A stretch of 64,000 nt of DNA from positions 13,764,001 to 13,828,000 of the forward strand of contig NW_025963779.1 of the NCBI RefSeq assembly GCF_023055435.1, in the 5' to 3' direction. Every line of letters starts with the position of its first letter. Position 1 is the stretch's first letter. Source of the DNA: Haliotis rufescens (lineage: Eukaryota). Under the pieces are notes generated by a model that ran no database searches, was not told where the DNA came from, and saw nothing but the letters and a program-made list of their open reading frames with translations. The position numbers and the translations under genes are program-made. Positions 12,501 to 25,467 of this stretch are shown here, piece by piece.

Positions 12501-14838
12501 ATAAGTACACACCGAATTAGGGCTTTTCATACAAAATTTGTAAATTTCGTAACTTATTGACTTATAATAATGTCAATCTTAATGAATGTGCTAAGTTCGT
12601 CAAAGAAGCTCTGATAGTGTACCACATTGTACATGGGCCGTAGGTGTACAAAACAGGATTAAAACTACCCTATGTTATAGAAGCCTTACTATCTTAATCG
12701 ATGACTTACCCATGACTACACCTATAGATACAATGAGGAAGACGTAACTTGTGGCAAACCAGCTGGTGATTAGCCCAAAGGAGGACACTATGCTGCCAAA
12801 GAACATCACAGTTCGAGTCCCAAACTTCACAACCAAGAACCCATTCACAAAACCTGTTTAATAATACTAATAATACTACTAATAATAATAATAATAATGT
12901 TACAGTATTTGAGCAGTGCAAGTAACATCTATGAGATTTGACCATCATATGACATCACAAAAATTATCGTATAGAAGTTTTGACCTTTTAACACATACTT
13001 GGGTCAAACTTTCTCAGATACTATCAGTGATGAGTGATCTAATTGTATCTGAGCCATCAATAAGACTTATTTTAGTTTTAGCTGCAAAACTATGAATTTC
13101 CTTTCTTATGTTGCTGTGAAGACAACATGATGGACTCGTGCAAGATCAATATACATTTTCACAGACCTGTGGTTTATCATTTTGGTTCCGTTTACTGTCA
13201 CATAATGCATTACTGAACCTTGTAATCAATAAACTCTACATCGTGTGTTGCTTTCAACCATTTGAGGTCATGTATCTCTTTGCTATGTCGACTACCTCGG
13301 GAGTTTAAAGCACAGTGTATTAAGAGTCAATTTTGTGTCAAGTTACTGCTTAACCCGAACTCAAGTCTTGCCTCCCATGAAGGTTAATCCCACAGCTGTT
13401 GACTGGATGGACGCTGTTTGAGCACGTGTTGTCTGAAAAGCCTCCAGCCAATCCACGAAGAGAGCACCAAGTGAGTATGGAAGTCCTACAGCAAGCAAGA
13501 CGTTGAAGCAGCAGCCGACGATGGCGACGAGTTGTGGAAAGAACCGCCTGGGCCCCCCATTCTTGACTACCTGTATCTCGTGCCTGATATATTAGAACAG
13601 GATAGTTATTCAAACTAAAACATGAAGACAGATCTTGTTTTTGCCCGTGTTCACGGGTTAATTTTTTTGGTCTGAATCATAAGGAATTATAAGGAATGCA
13701 CTGCTTAGGACATGCCCGAAAGGATTATTTCCGGGCCAGAAGATTTGATAATGTGCCAGACACATTCTCTACAAATTGCCCTAACAACACATTTCCATCG
13801 CTCGATGTTTAGGAAAGTGATTCATAAACACAATCTCTTGATAAAGTCGGAATCGTAAAATGAGCAGTTTCTAGCAATTTCAACAGCGATTTCTTGTGGC
13901 TATGGAAATAGTTTTCTACCTGGTATTTACATCATAGGAACCGTTTACGATGGACACTTGAGGCTATGTCTCTTTATCACCCGGGACATATATTACCATA
14001 GCACACTGTTTAGCGTTAAATAAAAGTGACACAACCCTTTCCTTATTCAAAAGAATAAAGAGTCGATTGTACGATTCCGGCAACATCATGAGCATGTGTT
14101 CATGTGTCAGAGGTTGTGTTCCTCTGTAAAAGATATTTCGCAGAACATGTTCCTTTACCACATGCACACAAATATATATTCTGTATTGAGCACAGATCTA
14201 GAACAAGTGCGTATTTAGTCACCAACATGTCTTCACATATTATACATTAACATCTGTGTGACTTGTTCATATACATGTTAAAGTTACGCATCGCCTATGA
14301 GACTTATGCCTTAATTTCTTAAGCAATGACATCATGGAAATTTGAGCGACAAAACCCTTTCCCAAACATTCTGACCATATCCGAACGCATCCTGATACCA
14401 ATACATAGCTGCCACTTACTTATCTTCCATCCAATTCCCATTGCTGATACTAGGCATAACTGTCTCTCCTTCATTGTGCATGTACCCAGGATTGTGGTAA
14501 CATGTCTTTCCTTCCATTGCCTTGTAACCATACACATTAACATCTCCCTGGAAGGTGTTCTTGTTGGAAGCATTCTGATTTGAAGGAGGAGTAGCAGAAC
14601 GTTGTTGATTAACAGCTCCCATGTCCCCGTGTCTGTCTTGATAAGCAGCATCTCGAAGATCATGGCCCAGAGAAGGACAACCAGCCTGGCTTCTGCCAGG
14701 TTGCACTGACAGATCAATCTCATTTAACTCAAACTGGCTATCCACATGGTCATCGTTGTTGTCTTTCACGTTGATGCCCCGTTCCTTCATAATTGAACTA
14801 ATCCTTGTGTGGCCTGATAATGACACTTGGTTAAGCAT
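9422..14838 (-). CDS. Monocarboxylate transporter (SLC16/MCT family, MFS), 6 coding exons, 563 aa
   Basis: Hand-spliced exons 14838-14420, 13583-13372, 12853-12710, 11217-10546, 9830-9732, 9567-9422 total 1692 nt (564 codons). Intron phases 2,1,1,1,1 join in frame. MCT-like motifs include GLPYSLGALFVDWLEAF, KFGTRTVMFFG, YGWRGALLLASG and GTLYDLTGSYDLSF. Confidence 0.88.
9732..9830 (-). CDS. SLC16-like exon 5 (TM11)
   Basis: ttgcag|TC...ATAG|gtaata, 99 nt; VIHNLVGEDKYAVAIGFGSAISGCSSMTMGILI. Confidence 0.88.
10546..11217 (-). CDS. SLC16-like exon 4 (TM4-TM10)
   Basis: tggtcag|GTTTTGGA...ATGG|gtatgt, 672 nt, within ORF 10454..11278. Confidence 0.92.
11345..12665 (+). mobile_element. Degraded LINE 3' fragment in SLC16 intron 3
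   Basis: SGVIQGCIIIPFLFAMYI and YADDL remnants; 3' tail atgggccgtagg... resembles 36730-36770. Confidence 0.7.
12710..12853 (-). CDS. SLC16-like exon 3 (TM2-TM4)
   Basis: aaacag|GT...ATGG|gtaagt, 144 nt; GFVNGFLVVKFGTRTVMFFGSIVSSFGLITSWFATSYVFLIVSIGVVM. Confidence 0.9.
13372..13583 (-). CDS. SLC16-like exon 2 (TM1-TM2)
   Basis: Acceptor atatcag|G; translates HEIQVVKNGGPRRFFPQLVAIVGCCFNVLLAVGLPYSLGALFVDWLEAFQTTRAQTASIQSTAVGLTFMG; donor G|GCAAGA (GC). Confidence 0.85.
14420..14838 (-). CDS. SLC16-like exon 1 (hydrophilic N-terminus)
   Basis: ORF from ATG to MEDK; donor AA|GTAAGT; phase 2 joins exon 2 in frame (K-H-E-I-Q-V). Start codon choice is uncertain. Confidence 0.7.
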
Positions 14839-15149
14839 ATCTTTTCGGTTTCTGTCAGCTCTGTCAGTCTCAACATTTGTTTTTGTTCAACCAGGAGGAT
14901 AATGTCTTTGGTGTACGTGAATGTGCTTACAAATGGAGATTGTAACTTAGCTCATTAAGGCAAAAACATGCTCCATAATCAAGGTAAGTCTTGTGTAACC
15001 CTTTCAAGTGACAAAGCTAAATACGTGTGTGTCTTTCTTGTATATTTCATATTGGCACTGCTCAACGTGTAACAAGTGTGTGCAAGTTGTGACCTACAAA
15101 CGTCAAACAGGATTCTATGCTGAACATATAAATAAAAGTGACAAAACAA

Positions 15150-15790
15150 ACACATGCAAAAAGACAAGTCAATTGTTTACCCGAAGAAAACCTCGGTCAA
15201 TATTATCAGACATAATGATTGTGACTGATGCGTCTTATTTGGAAATGTCCTCTGCATGTCAACCATAAAACTTTTTAAAGCTTCACTAATTCCTTGAATG
15301 CTGTAATCTTGATCAAACAACTTTTGAGCAAGAGTCATAAGACGTTCTTTTAAATCTTTGTAGAAAGAGCATGCTCCACTGTACCTCAAGAGTTATGAGA
15401 TGTAGACATGAAAGGCTGTATCTACTGCAATAGTTTTTTACATGTTGTTGACTATTGAGAACTTGAAGTTATCCCTCTTGTGAATAGTCTTGTTAATAGC
15501 TTTTGTCATTCCATGTTAGGCATAGATCTAAATATGAAACAGATAATTCACTTTCACTGGTCTCTTTTTTTTCATTTACCCCACTCGGGTGGATAAATCA
15601 GTAGAGGGAATTGGCTATTTGACCATTTATGAACCATATCTGATATGATCATCGATATTGTAGCGGCCCGGACCCGAACTTCTGATAAACCTTGAAGTCA
15701 GGATGTAATTGAGAGTCAAAACACTTCTTTTCAATGAATAATTAGTTTTTATTCATGTGGATATAACAATGCCTTATATGGACAACACAA
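15150..15790 (-). mobile_element. Degraded Penelope-like element RT C-terminal fragment
   Basis: Minus-strand remnants resembling RYIDD, KRDNFKFSIVN and RYSGACSFYKDLKER...QKLFDQ. Confidence 0.6.
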
Positions 15791-18703
15791 TGCTTCCAAA
15801 TAAGTAGATCCCTCTGAGCTTTAAGGTTTATTTGTAAGGACCAGTGTCAGGGCAAAATAATTATTGCCTGTAACTATAATGGTAGTTTACTGCTATAAAT
15901 ATATATAGATGACTTCTTTATCTGAATAACTTTACAGTTACTAAGATAGCAATTTGTGTCTGTGTTCAAAATTGCAGTCTTTTTATAGAAATGATTACAT
16001 AAGGACAAGGGGAACTTTTGGGCTGAATTATCTGCCCTTTGATTGAAACTGACCTTTAGACTGCCAAAGTCAGAATGACCCAGAATGGATCTCATCGTAT
16101 TTATAGGTGTGAGAAAATGGTCACATGTCTGTTATTGACCAATCAAATTACGAGAAATTACGTCTCTTTACGTCCTTATTCCTTTGAGGGATCTACTTTC
16201 ACAATGTAAAATCACTGAAATAAAGAGGAAGGCAAACCATCTCAGGAGGTAATTTGGTATAAAAATGAGTATTTATACCAATCAATTAATTCTGTCTAAT
16301 TGATTCACTAATTGCCTTCCAATATCACAAGATTAACAATTACGTCCTGCTACGTCAAAGCTACGTCCTTGCTGCCTGCCGAGAGGACGTAATAACAACA
16401 AGCAACATCGACTGGGAATTACGATGGACAATTCAAAGAGGAAGATTACAAATTTCAGGAGGCAATTGGAATTTATCTGATGCATAAGACGTTTTATAAC
16501 ACAAATTGGCCACTGGTATGCTTTGACAGAAGCACTGGATGTCATATTTATGAGAAACATGTTCATAAATAGTGACGCTAAATACTGCGCATGAATACAT
16601 CAGCGAAGATTACATAGTTCCTGATGTCAGAATTAACATTAACTTTAATACACGTCTTGACATATCATCAAATACGATTCTGGGTTCCTCTGGACATAGT
16701 TCATTAGATTAAATAAACTTTATAATGCAAAATGCTAAGCATTAGCCAAATTCAGTAACTTCATCGCGACCTAGGCTAGCTGTCACAAAGATAAAATGGC
16801 GGGCGTCGGCGAAACACGTAGCTCAGCCCTGATCACAAATTCACACAAATATGGATAAATATCAAGCTGCCAAGTGATTGTGATCTGTTTGTTGAAGAAC
16901 AAAGGTATGATTAATCTGTATCTGATGGTTAATTTGCGTAACTGTGTGCTTAGAACGATGAATTCTTCAAGTGTTACGGTCAATGCAAAACTCTTGAAAA
17001 AAGTAAACAAGATCGTTTTGACAGGCACGTTGTTGACATCGATGCTTATGAGGTACTGGCACATCCTAAACAATATGCGTAACATGATGGCATGGACATA
17101 TTATTATTTTTACGAGATAACAGTGTGCCATGAAGCTCTATAAAAGCATGCTATGATCCTCTGATAGATTTCTTACCAAAACGGGATTCAAAACATTGAA
17201 TTACGTGAAAACGAGGTTGGCAAAAATATACTGATATATACCTGCAAAACTAAGTACAGTTTACAGGATAATTATGATATAATTCGTGCACTGTCATATA
17301 ACCATAAAAAATACAACAGGGAAATATTTAGGAAATATTTCTAATTTTTACAAGCTGTCATAACTTACATATTTTATAATAAAGACACATCAATATTTAT
17401 ATATTCTTCGTGATGGCCATCACAATATACCCGAAACTTAAATTAAAGCCTCTCGGCCAAATTTCCTTTTTTTGATTTTATATGCATAAGAAAAAATATA
17501 TGCAAAAGGGGGAGCACAATTGGGGCAGCATACTTCTTGTTTAAATGTATTATCCTCAAATTACACACACATATTATCTATGAGGATTTCACATATTGTT
17601 TTCTGAGTATAAGAAGTATCTTTGTGTATATTGCTACCAATTCAACATGAATATTTGTCGCAGAATTGACTTTCCATAGGCAGTGTTCACCTGCCAGACA
17701 AAACTGATGTAACTATCGATTACTTACTGATTGATTTGGAATGTAAATCTTGTCATTTATGATCTGTCACAGTGGGTCATTAATGTGCATTGACATTGAA
17801 CCGGAACAATGGGTATTGATTGACAGAGATACCAATGGAGGAGGTTCACCTTAACGAACAGGCATGTATAGTTTGTCATCTTAGTTTGGATAGAGATAAT
17901 ATACTTGCAAATATGGGCTACCATGAATATTATCATCATTGTATGACATGTCCTGTTGAAGTGTCTCATGGCATATTTCACCTGTAAGGACACATTTGTT
18001 TCCCTTAGCCTTTTGTAACTGTTCTTGATTCCGTTTTATGCAATTTATATACTAGCTAGTGTGCTTTAAGAATCTTTAATGACCATGCGCTACATCTTTG
18101 CGTATAGATTTCTGTTCATGTAATATTTACCAGAAACTAATTTGAAAGTTAAATCCTGGTAAAATTCAAGCATTTTCCCGACAATTACTCTTGACAAGTA
18201 TACACGACTGTAAACAGCAACACAATACCCAAACACTGTCAAGTTTTAAATGTTTCTTGTATCTATGTATTTTGAATCACCCGTGGTTATAGAATGCCAA
18301 ATAATTCAATCAAAATGATGGCTTTGTCATAGTAACCGTTTTGACTCTTGTTTTTTTTCTGAACACTGAACACAAAATAAAGCAACTGTATTTAAAAGCA
18401 ATGACAAATTTAAGGATTATAGAAATTGTATACATTAGTATACTAAATAACTTAAAATGTTCATATAAATATAAGCGGCAAAACTCGTTATCGTATTCAA
18501 AAGAAATATCTGCCAAAAGTTGGGTCGATTGCATGATTCCGATTATGTGTGTTTATGATTCACTATCAGATAGTGAGGGTACCAGGTGTTTGTGAAAAGG
18601 CTCCTCAGTTAACGGTGTGGCCTTATACGTGACATAATTTGATATGTCACTTATACCATGTTCTTTGATCAAACAATTAATGTAGTGATGCTTACAAATA
18701 ATA

Positions 18704-18870
18704 GTGAGCGGTTGTGTAGCCTAGTGGTTAAAGCGTTCGCTCGTCACGCGGAAGATCCGGGTTCGATTCCCGAAAAGGGTACAATGTGTGAAACCCATTT
18801 CTGGTGTCCCCCCGCGGTGATATTGCTGGAATATTGCATAAACGCGGCGTAAAACCATACACACTCACTC
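18704..18870 (+). mobile_element. tRNA-derived SINE family A
   Basis: TAGCCTAGTGG A-box, GGTTCGATTCC B-box, GATATTGCTGGAATATTGC...(ACTC)n tail. Confidence 0.9.
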
Positions 18871-19637
18871 ATTACATATAATGGTTACATTATTTGAAGC
18901 CTTGTCAGTGGGAACAACTACAGAATTTCCATGTTGGTCAGCTGGCTGGATCATAATGGGTTTAGTCCATTTCTCTTTCCTCTTTTTCAGTTTCTACATT
19001 TAACCAATGAAAACATCCCGCACTGACTACAGCTTCTACTACACCAAATCAGAATCAGGGCTTTGACAAGCAGAGCCTTCAATACAGATTGAATCATCTG
19101 GCAGCTGTGATTGGACGATTTTGTGTAAGATTGTTCTGTTTTTTTACATGTACATCCATCCATGATTTAAAACTGTCCATGTTTTTTCTATAGTTAGTGA
19201 TGCCTTTTTTAACACGATGACTTAATATTAGCTGAATATGACCACAGATATTGTCAAGCAAGTGATATTTAGTGCAGAACTCGGGTGGTGTGTTTTGCTT
19301 CCTGTACTCGGAAAAGGAGCTGGCAAAGCTTGTCAATGATTTTGTTTTTGATTTTATTGCAGCCTTAAGACCAGACTGTGCACACACGTACATGTAATAT
19401 CTGTTGAAGTTACAGTAATTATTAAGAAAAAATATAATGTTAGCGAAGTTCTTCTCTTTTGGCCCATTTATAGGCAAATGCTTGGACACCATCCATAATG
19501 ATTTTAAAGTTGTGATCCTAAATGATAGGAGGTATTTGATAAATTAATTAATTGGTATTATTCAAGCAAATGTATTCAGAAACCCTGTTTATTACTAGTA
19601 ATTATAGAAGAGATTATACATATTTAATGTTTGAAAA

Positions 19638-19804
19638 TGGGGCGGTCGGGTAGCCTAATGGTTAAAGTGTTCGCTCGTCACGCCAAAGACCCGGGTTCGA
19701 ATCCCGACATGGGTACAATGTGTGAAGCCCATTTCTGGTGTCCCCCGCCGTGATATTGCTGGAATATTGCTAAAAGCGGCGTAAAACCATACTCACTCAC
19801 TCAC
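19638..19804 (+). mobile_element. SINE family A
   Basis: Full length; flanking direct repeat TAATGTTTGAAA. Confidence 0.9.
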
Positions 19805-20799
19805 TAATGTTTGAAATGCATTTACATCTATTATAGTACTTGTAATAAAGAAACTAAAAACCGGGAGTATCGTTGATATAACTTAGATTACTCTTTTCCT
19901 AAATTTCAAAAGCACATCATATCACCATCAAACACAAACCAGCAACATATATCCAAACTATAGCAGTCCTTTTGGCAAGAACACATGATCAATCGTTCAT
20001 CAGATTGAAATGTTTAACATCTAACGCCACAAATTCCCATTAATGCAAACATATTTTGTATTTATCTCCAGATCACTTGAATAAACGCTTCGTGTCAGAA
20101 AAAAGTTAACATTGACAATATAATCTTTCTAGAGATGTGTCCAACGAAAATCAGTTGCACTCGGTGGCATATGAATTAATCATTCGTGGGATTATGCAAA
20201 TTGTGTGATGTGTGCTGACTGAGTTTTGTGTAACATGAGCTTGCATACATTGAATGATCCAGGCCCAAAAAGCCGAACAGGCTCTATCAGATATCCTTGA
20301 GGGAAGTGCGACAAACCCCGGGACAACTCACCACTTCCGGGGCGTATATTCAAAACGAATGAAGACGTGATGATGAATACGTGACATTTGTTCATGGATA
20401 ACAACAGCAGCACTCTTTGTGTCGACGTCAACATGACGATTCAAGGTCCCTTAATAAATCATGGAAAGCATTCGTCCATGGCTTTTCGGCTAACGTCCAT
20501 GGCTTATGGTAATAATAATTTCAAAGCACCATAAGGGACGCAGGTCAATACTTAAATGAAAACATGATAATTTAATATACAAAATTCATATATTAATATC
20601 ATGTTGAGGGACAAATGGGTGTCCCAGGACGAACATAGCGTAACTTAGCACTTTCCTCACACCCACATTTTCTTTTGTTTTTGCATGAATTAATAAGAGG
20701 TCCTTTGGTAAGGAACTCGGGATATTTTTTCAAAAGGTGCTTTTCCAACATATACCACTAAATATTAATCAGTGGAGAACCTACAAAGTCGTTATACTG

Positions 20800-20873
20800 G
20801 AGGTGAGGTGAGGTGAAATGGGGTTTAACGTCGCGTCCAAGATTATTGCACTTATATAGCGACGTGCATGAAC

Positions 20874-20924
<51 letters not shown>

Positions 20925-21186
20925 TGCTTGTACTAGTCCGGACTGATGCCGATTTATAAGCGCACTGAAATACCATGCCGCATTTTAACATGAATATCCC
21001 ACTCAGTCACAGTATACTGACTCCGAGTCGACCAGTCCTTGTTTTAGCCTCTCAATGTCGAGCGCCAGATAGGGTAATAACAAGTACCATCTTGTAACGT
21101 CTTTTGGTATGACGCGGCTGGGGTTGAACACCTGACCTTCCGCTCTCCGGGTGGACGCTCTACCACTAGACCACGGAGGCGGTCCC
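20800..21186 (-). mobile_element. tRNA-derived SINE family C (Meta/MESC-like core) with internal (CA)n
   Basis: Minus strand: tRNA head GTGGTCTAGTGG...GTTCAACCCC followed by GTCATACCAAAAGAC...TGGCGCTC core (family assignment from recall); (CACCT)n tail; (TG)n at 20878-20922. Confidence 0.75.
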
Positions 21187-23006
21187 GTTAAACTGGAAAT
21201 CAATATAGACTGCCATGTTGTCTAACTGTGATTGGACTAGTGATCTTAATCACCTGGAGTGACCAAGTAGATAGGATCTCATTTGGGTTTGTGACTTTTA
21301 CAATTTCCCAATGACTATTCTGAGTATTGGTGCCTGGGGATACGAAATATACCAGACTTTATTATCAGAGGAAATTGATACCATGTAGATATTAATCCTT
21401 TCTTTCTCTGTGGGAAATCACTGAACTAGTTCGTGCATTCACGACCAGACGTGTTTATCAGTGACAAGTTCTAGCTTGTGACATTTTAGTGAACTTAACA
21501 TGTGATGATGAAACTATAACATTAATTATTTATATATACGATATTGGAAAATGTATTATGTTTTCACGTCAACGTGGTACTTAAAACCGAAACATTAATA
21601 AAGTTTTAATTCATATTTCATTTTTGAGTTCACTCTTTCCTTTTGAGATGAGAGTAGCTTGCAAACTCCACAAATAACAACATAACTAATTGACTACCTT
21701 GCTACTGTAAATTCAGTCTTTATTCTTTCAGTCTCATTTTGTGATGTGAGGTTGTTGCAATTGCACAAATAACAACACACGTGAGATACCTTGTTAACAC
21801 AACAGTGTTATTTACCACGCATTACACACTGAAATGGTATTTTCCATCAGTGAACTTCTACACGAACAGCACGAAAGGCATAATTAGAAGAGAAGCTAAG
21901 GAAACACACATCATTTAATAGTAACATGTCATCAAATAGGTTTCTATTTTTAAGAGTCATTTAGGAGGAGAAACAGTAATGTGTTTATGAGTATCTATTA
22001 TCTGGTAAATGTACACAGCCAGACAATAAACAATACCTATCTTCACATCAAAGTAAAAATATCTGTTTAAAACAGAAAATTAACCAAATCTATATCAAAC
22101 TAGATGTACATTTCCACGAACAAAAAATACAATAATACCAGATGGTTAGTTAGCATGATATGTTAAATTTGGCATAGAAAGACGTATTTCTGTACACTAT
22201 TTACAGAGACAGCACCTGAAAAACAAGCTAAATATTCAAGATTAGAAGGTGACATGTGGATCGTTTGGTGATAATTAACAATGCTTGAAGGATCAACCCT
22301 GTCTTGGCTGTTCCAGCAGTTGACAATAGGAATTTGTTATAAGCGACTGGAGCCGAAAGTTATATTCGCCTATGTATGTACGGCTTAGCGCATACAAACC
22401 AAGGGCCCGGTTAAGTCATGCATGTTTCCTGCACATCAACATGTATAATTATATAATCAAAGAAAATCTTAATGCGGTTTATCTGATAAAGGAACCCTGA
22501 AAAGCCGACCCCCCCTTTTTATTTCGAAAAAAAATCTTTATTTCTGTATAAATTACAACCAAAAATGTAAATAGTGCACCCCCACCCCCCTTTTCAAAAA
22601 AGCTGTATCCGGCTCTGATATTTATAATACTTATCCTATTTCAAACCCTATATGTCCACCCGTCCATCCCCGCATCACCATTCCTCTAAACTATTAAGCT
22701 CCAGAAAGAGAACGAGTTGGCACGTGTTCAGCGCGTGTGAGTCAACCGGCAAGAAAAGCATGCATGACCCAGATTTCTGGGGGGCGTCAATGGTGATGCA
22801 AGGTGTGTACGGGTGAATTGTTTTTTAAGAAGCTAGAAACCTTTGTTTAGGCACGTTTCCAATTAGGATCGAAAGAAGAAAGAGAAATGCATAGTGTGAG
22901 ATGGGATAAGTAATATAAATATACAATTAATTGTACAATTTAAAATAATCGTTCTGATGTAGTGAGATTGTAAGTGCTAAGAATCACAGTGAGGCATGAA
23001 CTCTGC

Positions 23007-25467
23007 CGGTCCTTTCCCCACTATCCAATATCATAACGCGGTCCTTTCCCCAGTATCCAATATCATAAAGCGGTCCTTTCCCCAGTAACCAATATCATAA
23101 CGCGGTCCTTTCCCCAGTATCCAATATCATAACGCGGTCCTTTCCCAAGTATCCAATATCATAACGCGATCCTTTCCCCAGTATAAAATATCATAACGTG
23201 GTCCTTTCCCAGTATCCAATATCATAACGCGGTCATTTCCCCTGTATCCAATATATCATAACGCGGTCCTTTCCTCAGTATCCAATATCATAACGCGGTC
23301 CTTTCCCCAGTATCCAATATCATAACGCGGTCCTTTCCCAAGTATCGAATATCATAACGCGATCCTTTCCCCAGTATAAAATATCATAACGTGGTCCTTT
23401 CCCAGTATCCAATATCAAAACGCGGTCCTTTCCCCAGTATCCAATATCATAACGCGGTCCTTTCCCCAGTATCCAATATCATAACGTGGTCCTTTCCCCA
23501 GTATCCAATATCATAACGCGGTCCTTTCCCCAGTATCCAATATCATAACGCGGTCCTTTCCGAGTATCCAATATCATAATTCGGTCCTTTCCCCAGTATC
23601 CAATATATCATAACGCGGTCCTTTCCTCAGTATCCAATATCATAACGCAGGCCTTTCCCAGTATCCAATATCATAACGCGGTCCTTTCCCCAGTATCCAA
23701 TATTATAATGCGGTCCTTTCCCCAGTATCCAATATCATAACGCAGTCCTTTCCTCAATATGCAGTATCATAACGCGGTCCTTTCCTCACTATCCAGTATC
23801 ATTACGCGGTCCTTTCCCAGTATCCAATATCATAATGCGGTCCTTTTTTTCGGTATCCCATATCATAACGCGGTCCTTTCCCCAGTATCCAATATCATAA
23901 CACGGTCCTTTCCCCAGTATCCAATATCATAACGCAGTCCTTTCCCCACTATCCAATATCATAACGCGGTCATTTCCCAGTATCCAATATCATAACGCGG
24001 TCCTTTCCCCAGTATCCAATATCATAACGCAGTTCTTTCCTCAGTATCCTATATCATAACGCAGTCCTTTCCCCAGTATCCAATATCATAACGCGGTCCT
24101 TTTTTCAGTATCCAATATCATAATGCGGTCCTTTCCTCAGTATCCAATATCATAACACCGTCCTTTCCCCAGTATCCAATATCATAACGCGGTCCTTTCC
24201 CAGTATCCAGTATCATTACGCGGTCCTTTCCCAGTATCCAATATCATAATGCGGTCCTTTTTTTCGGTATCCCATATCATAACACGGTCCTATCCCCAGT
24301 ATCCAATATCATAACACGGTCCTTTCCCCAGTATCCAATATCATAACGCAGTCCTTTCCCCACTATCCAATATCATAACGCGGTCCTTTCCCAGAATCCA
24401 ATATCATAACGCGGTCCTTTCCCCAGTATCCAATATCATAACGCGGTTCTTTCCTCAGTATCCTATATCATAACGCAGTCCTTTCCCCAGTATCCAATAT
24501 CATAACGCGGTCCTTTTTTCAGTATCCAATATCATAATGCGGTCCTTTCCTCAGTATCCAATATCATAACACCGTCCTTTCCCCAGTATCCAATATCATA
24601 ACGCGGTCCTTTCCCAGTATCCAATATCATAACGCTGTCCTTTCCCAAGTAACCAATATCATAACGCGGTCCTTTCCCAAGTATCCAATATCATAACGCG
24701 GTCCTTTTTTTCAGTATCCCATATCATAACGCGGTCCTTTCCCAAGTAACAAATATCATAACGCGGTCCTTTCCCAAGTATCCAATATCATAACGCGGTC
24801 CTTTCCCCAGTATCCAATATCATAACGCGGTTCTTTCCCAAGAATCCAGTATCATAACGCGGTCCTTTCCCCAGTATCCAACATCAGAACGTGGTACTTT
24901 CCCCAGTATCCAATATCATAACGCGGTCCTTTCCCCAGTATCCAATATCATAACGCGGTTCTTTCCCCAGTATCCAATATCATAATGCGGTCCTTTCCCC
25001 AGTATCCAATATCATAACGCGGTCCTTTCCCCAGTATCCAATATCATAACGCGGCCCTTTCCCCACTATCTAATATCATAATGCGGTCCTTTCCCCAGTA
25101 TCCAATATCATAACGCGGTCCTTTCCCCAGTATCCAATATCATAACGCGGTCCTTTCCTCAATATCAAATATCATAACGCGGTCCTTTCCCAAGTATCCA
25201 ATATCATAACGCGGTCCTTTCCCCAGTATCCAATATCATAACGCGGTCCTTTCCCCACTATCTAATATCATAATGCGGTCCTTTCCCCAGTATCCAATAT
25301 CATAACGCGGTCCTTTCCCCAGTATCCAATATCATAACGCGGTCCTTTCCTCAATATCCAGTATCATAACGCGGTCCTTTCCCCAGTATCCAATATCATA
25401 ACGGGGTCCTTTCCCCAGTATCCAATATCATAACGCGGTCCTTTCCCCAGTATCCAATATCATAACG
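23007..25467 (+). repeat. 32-bp minisatellite, ~77 copies
   Basis: Unit CGGTCCTTTCCCCAGTATCCAATATCATAACG. Confidence 0.97.

Noticed and set aside
14319-14723. Alternative 134-aa ORF overlapping SLC16 exon 1
   Set aside because: It runs through the splice donor; the other frame splices in phase to exon 2.
18704-18780. tRNA-Asp-like gene (and other tRNA-like heads)
   Set aside because: Each continues into a shared SINE body and tail with TSDs, so these are SINE heads rather than tRNA genes.
23007-25467. CRISPR-like array (32-bp repeat)
   Set aside because: Units are contiguous with no unique spacers, there are no cas genes, and the context is eukaryotic. The same applies to the 37-, 28- and 48-bp arrays.
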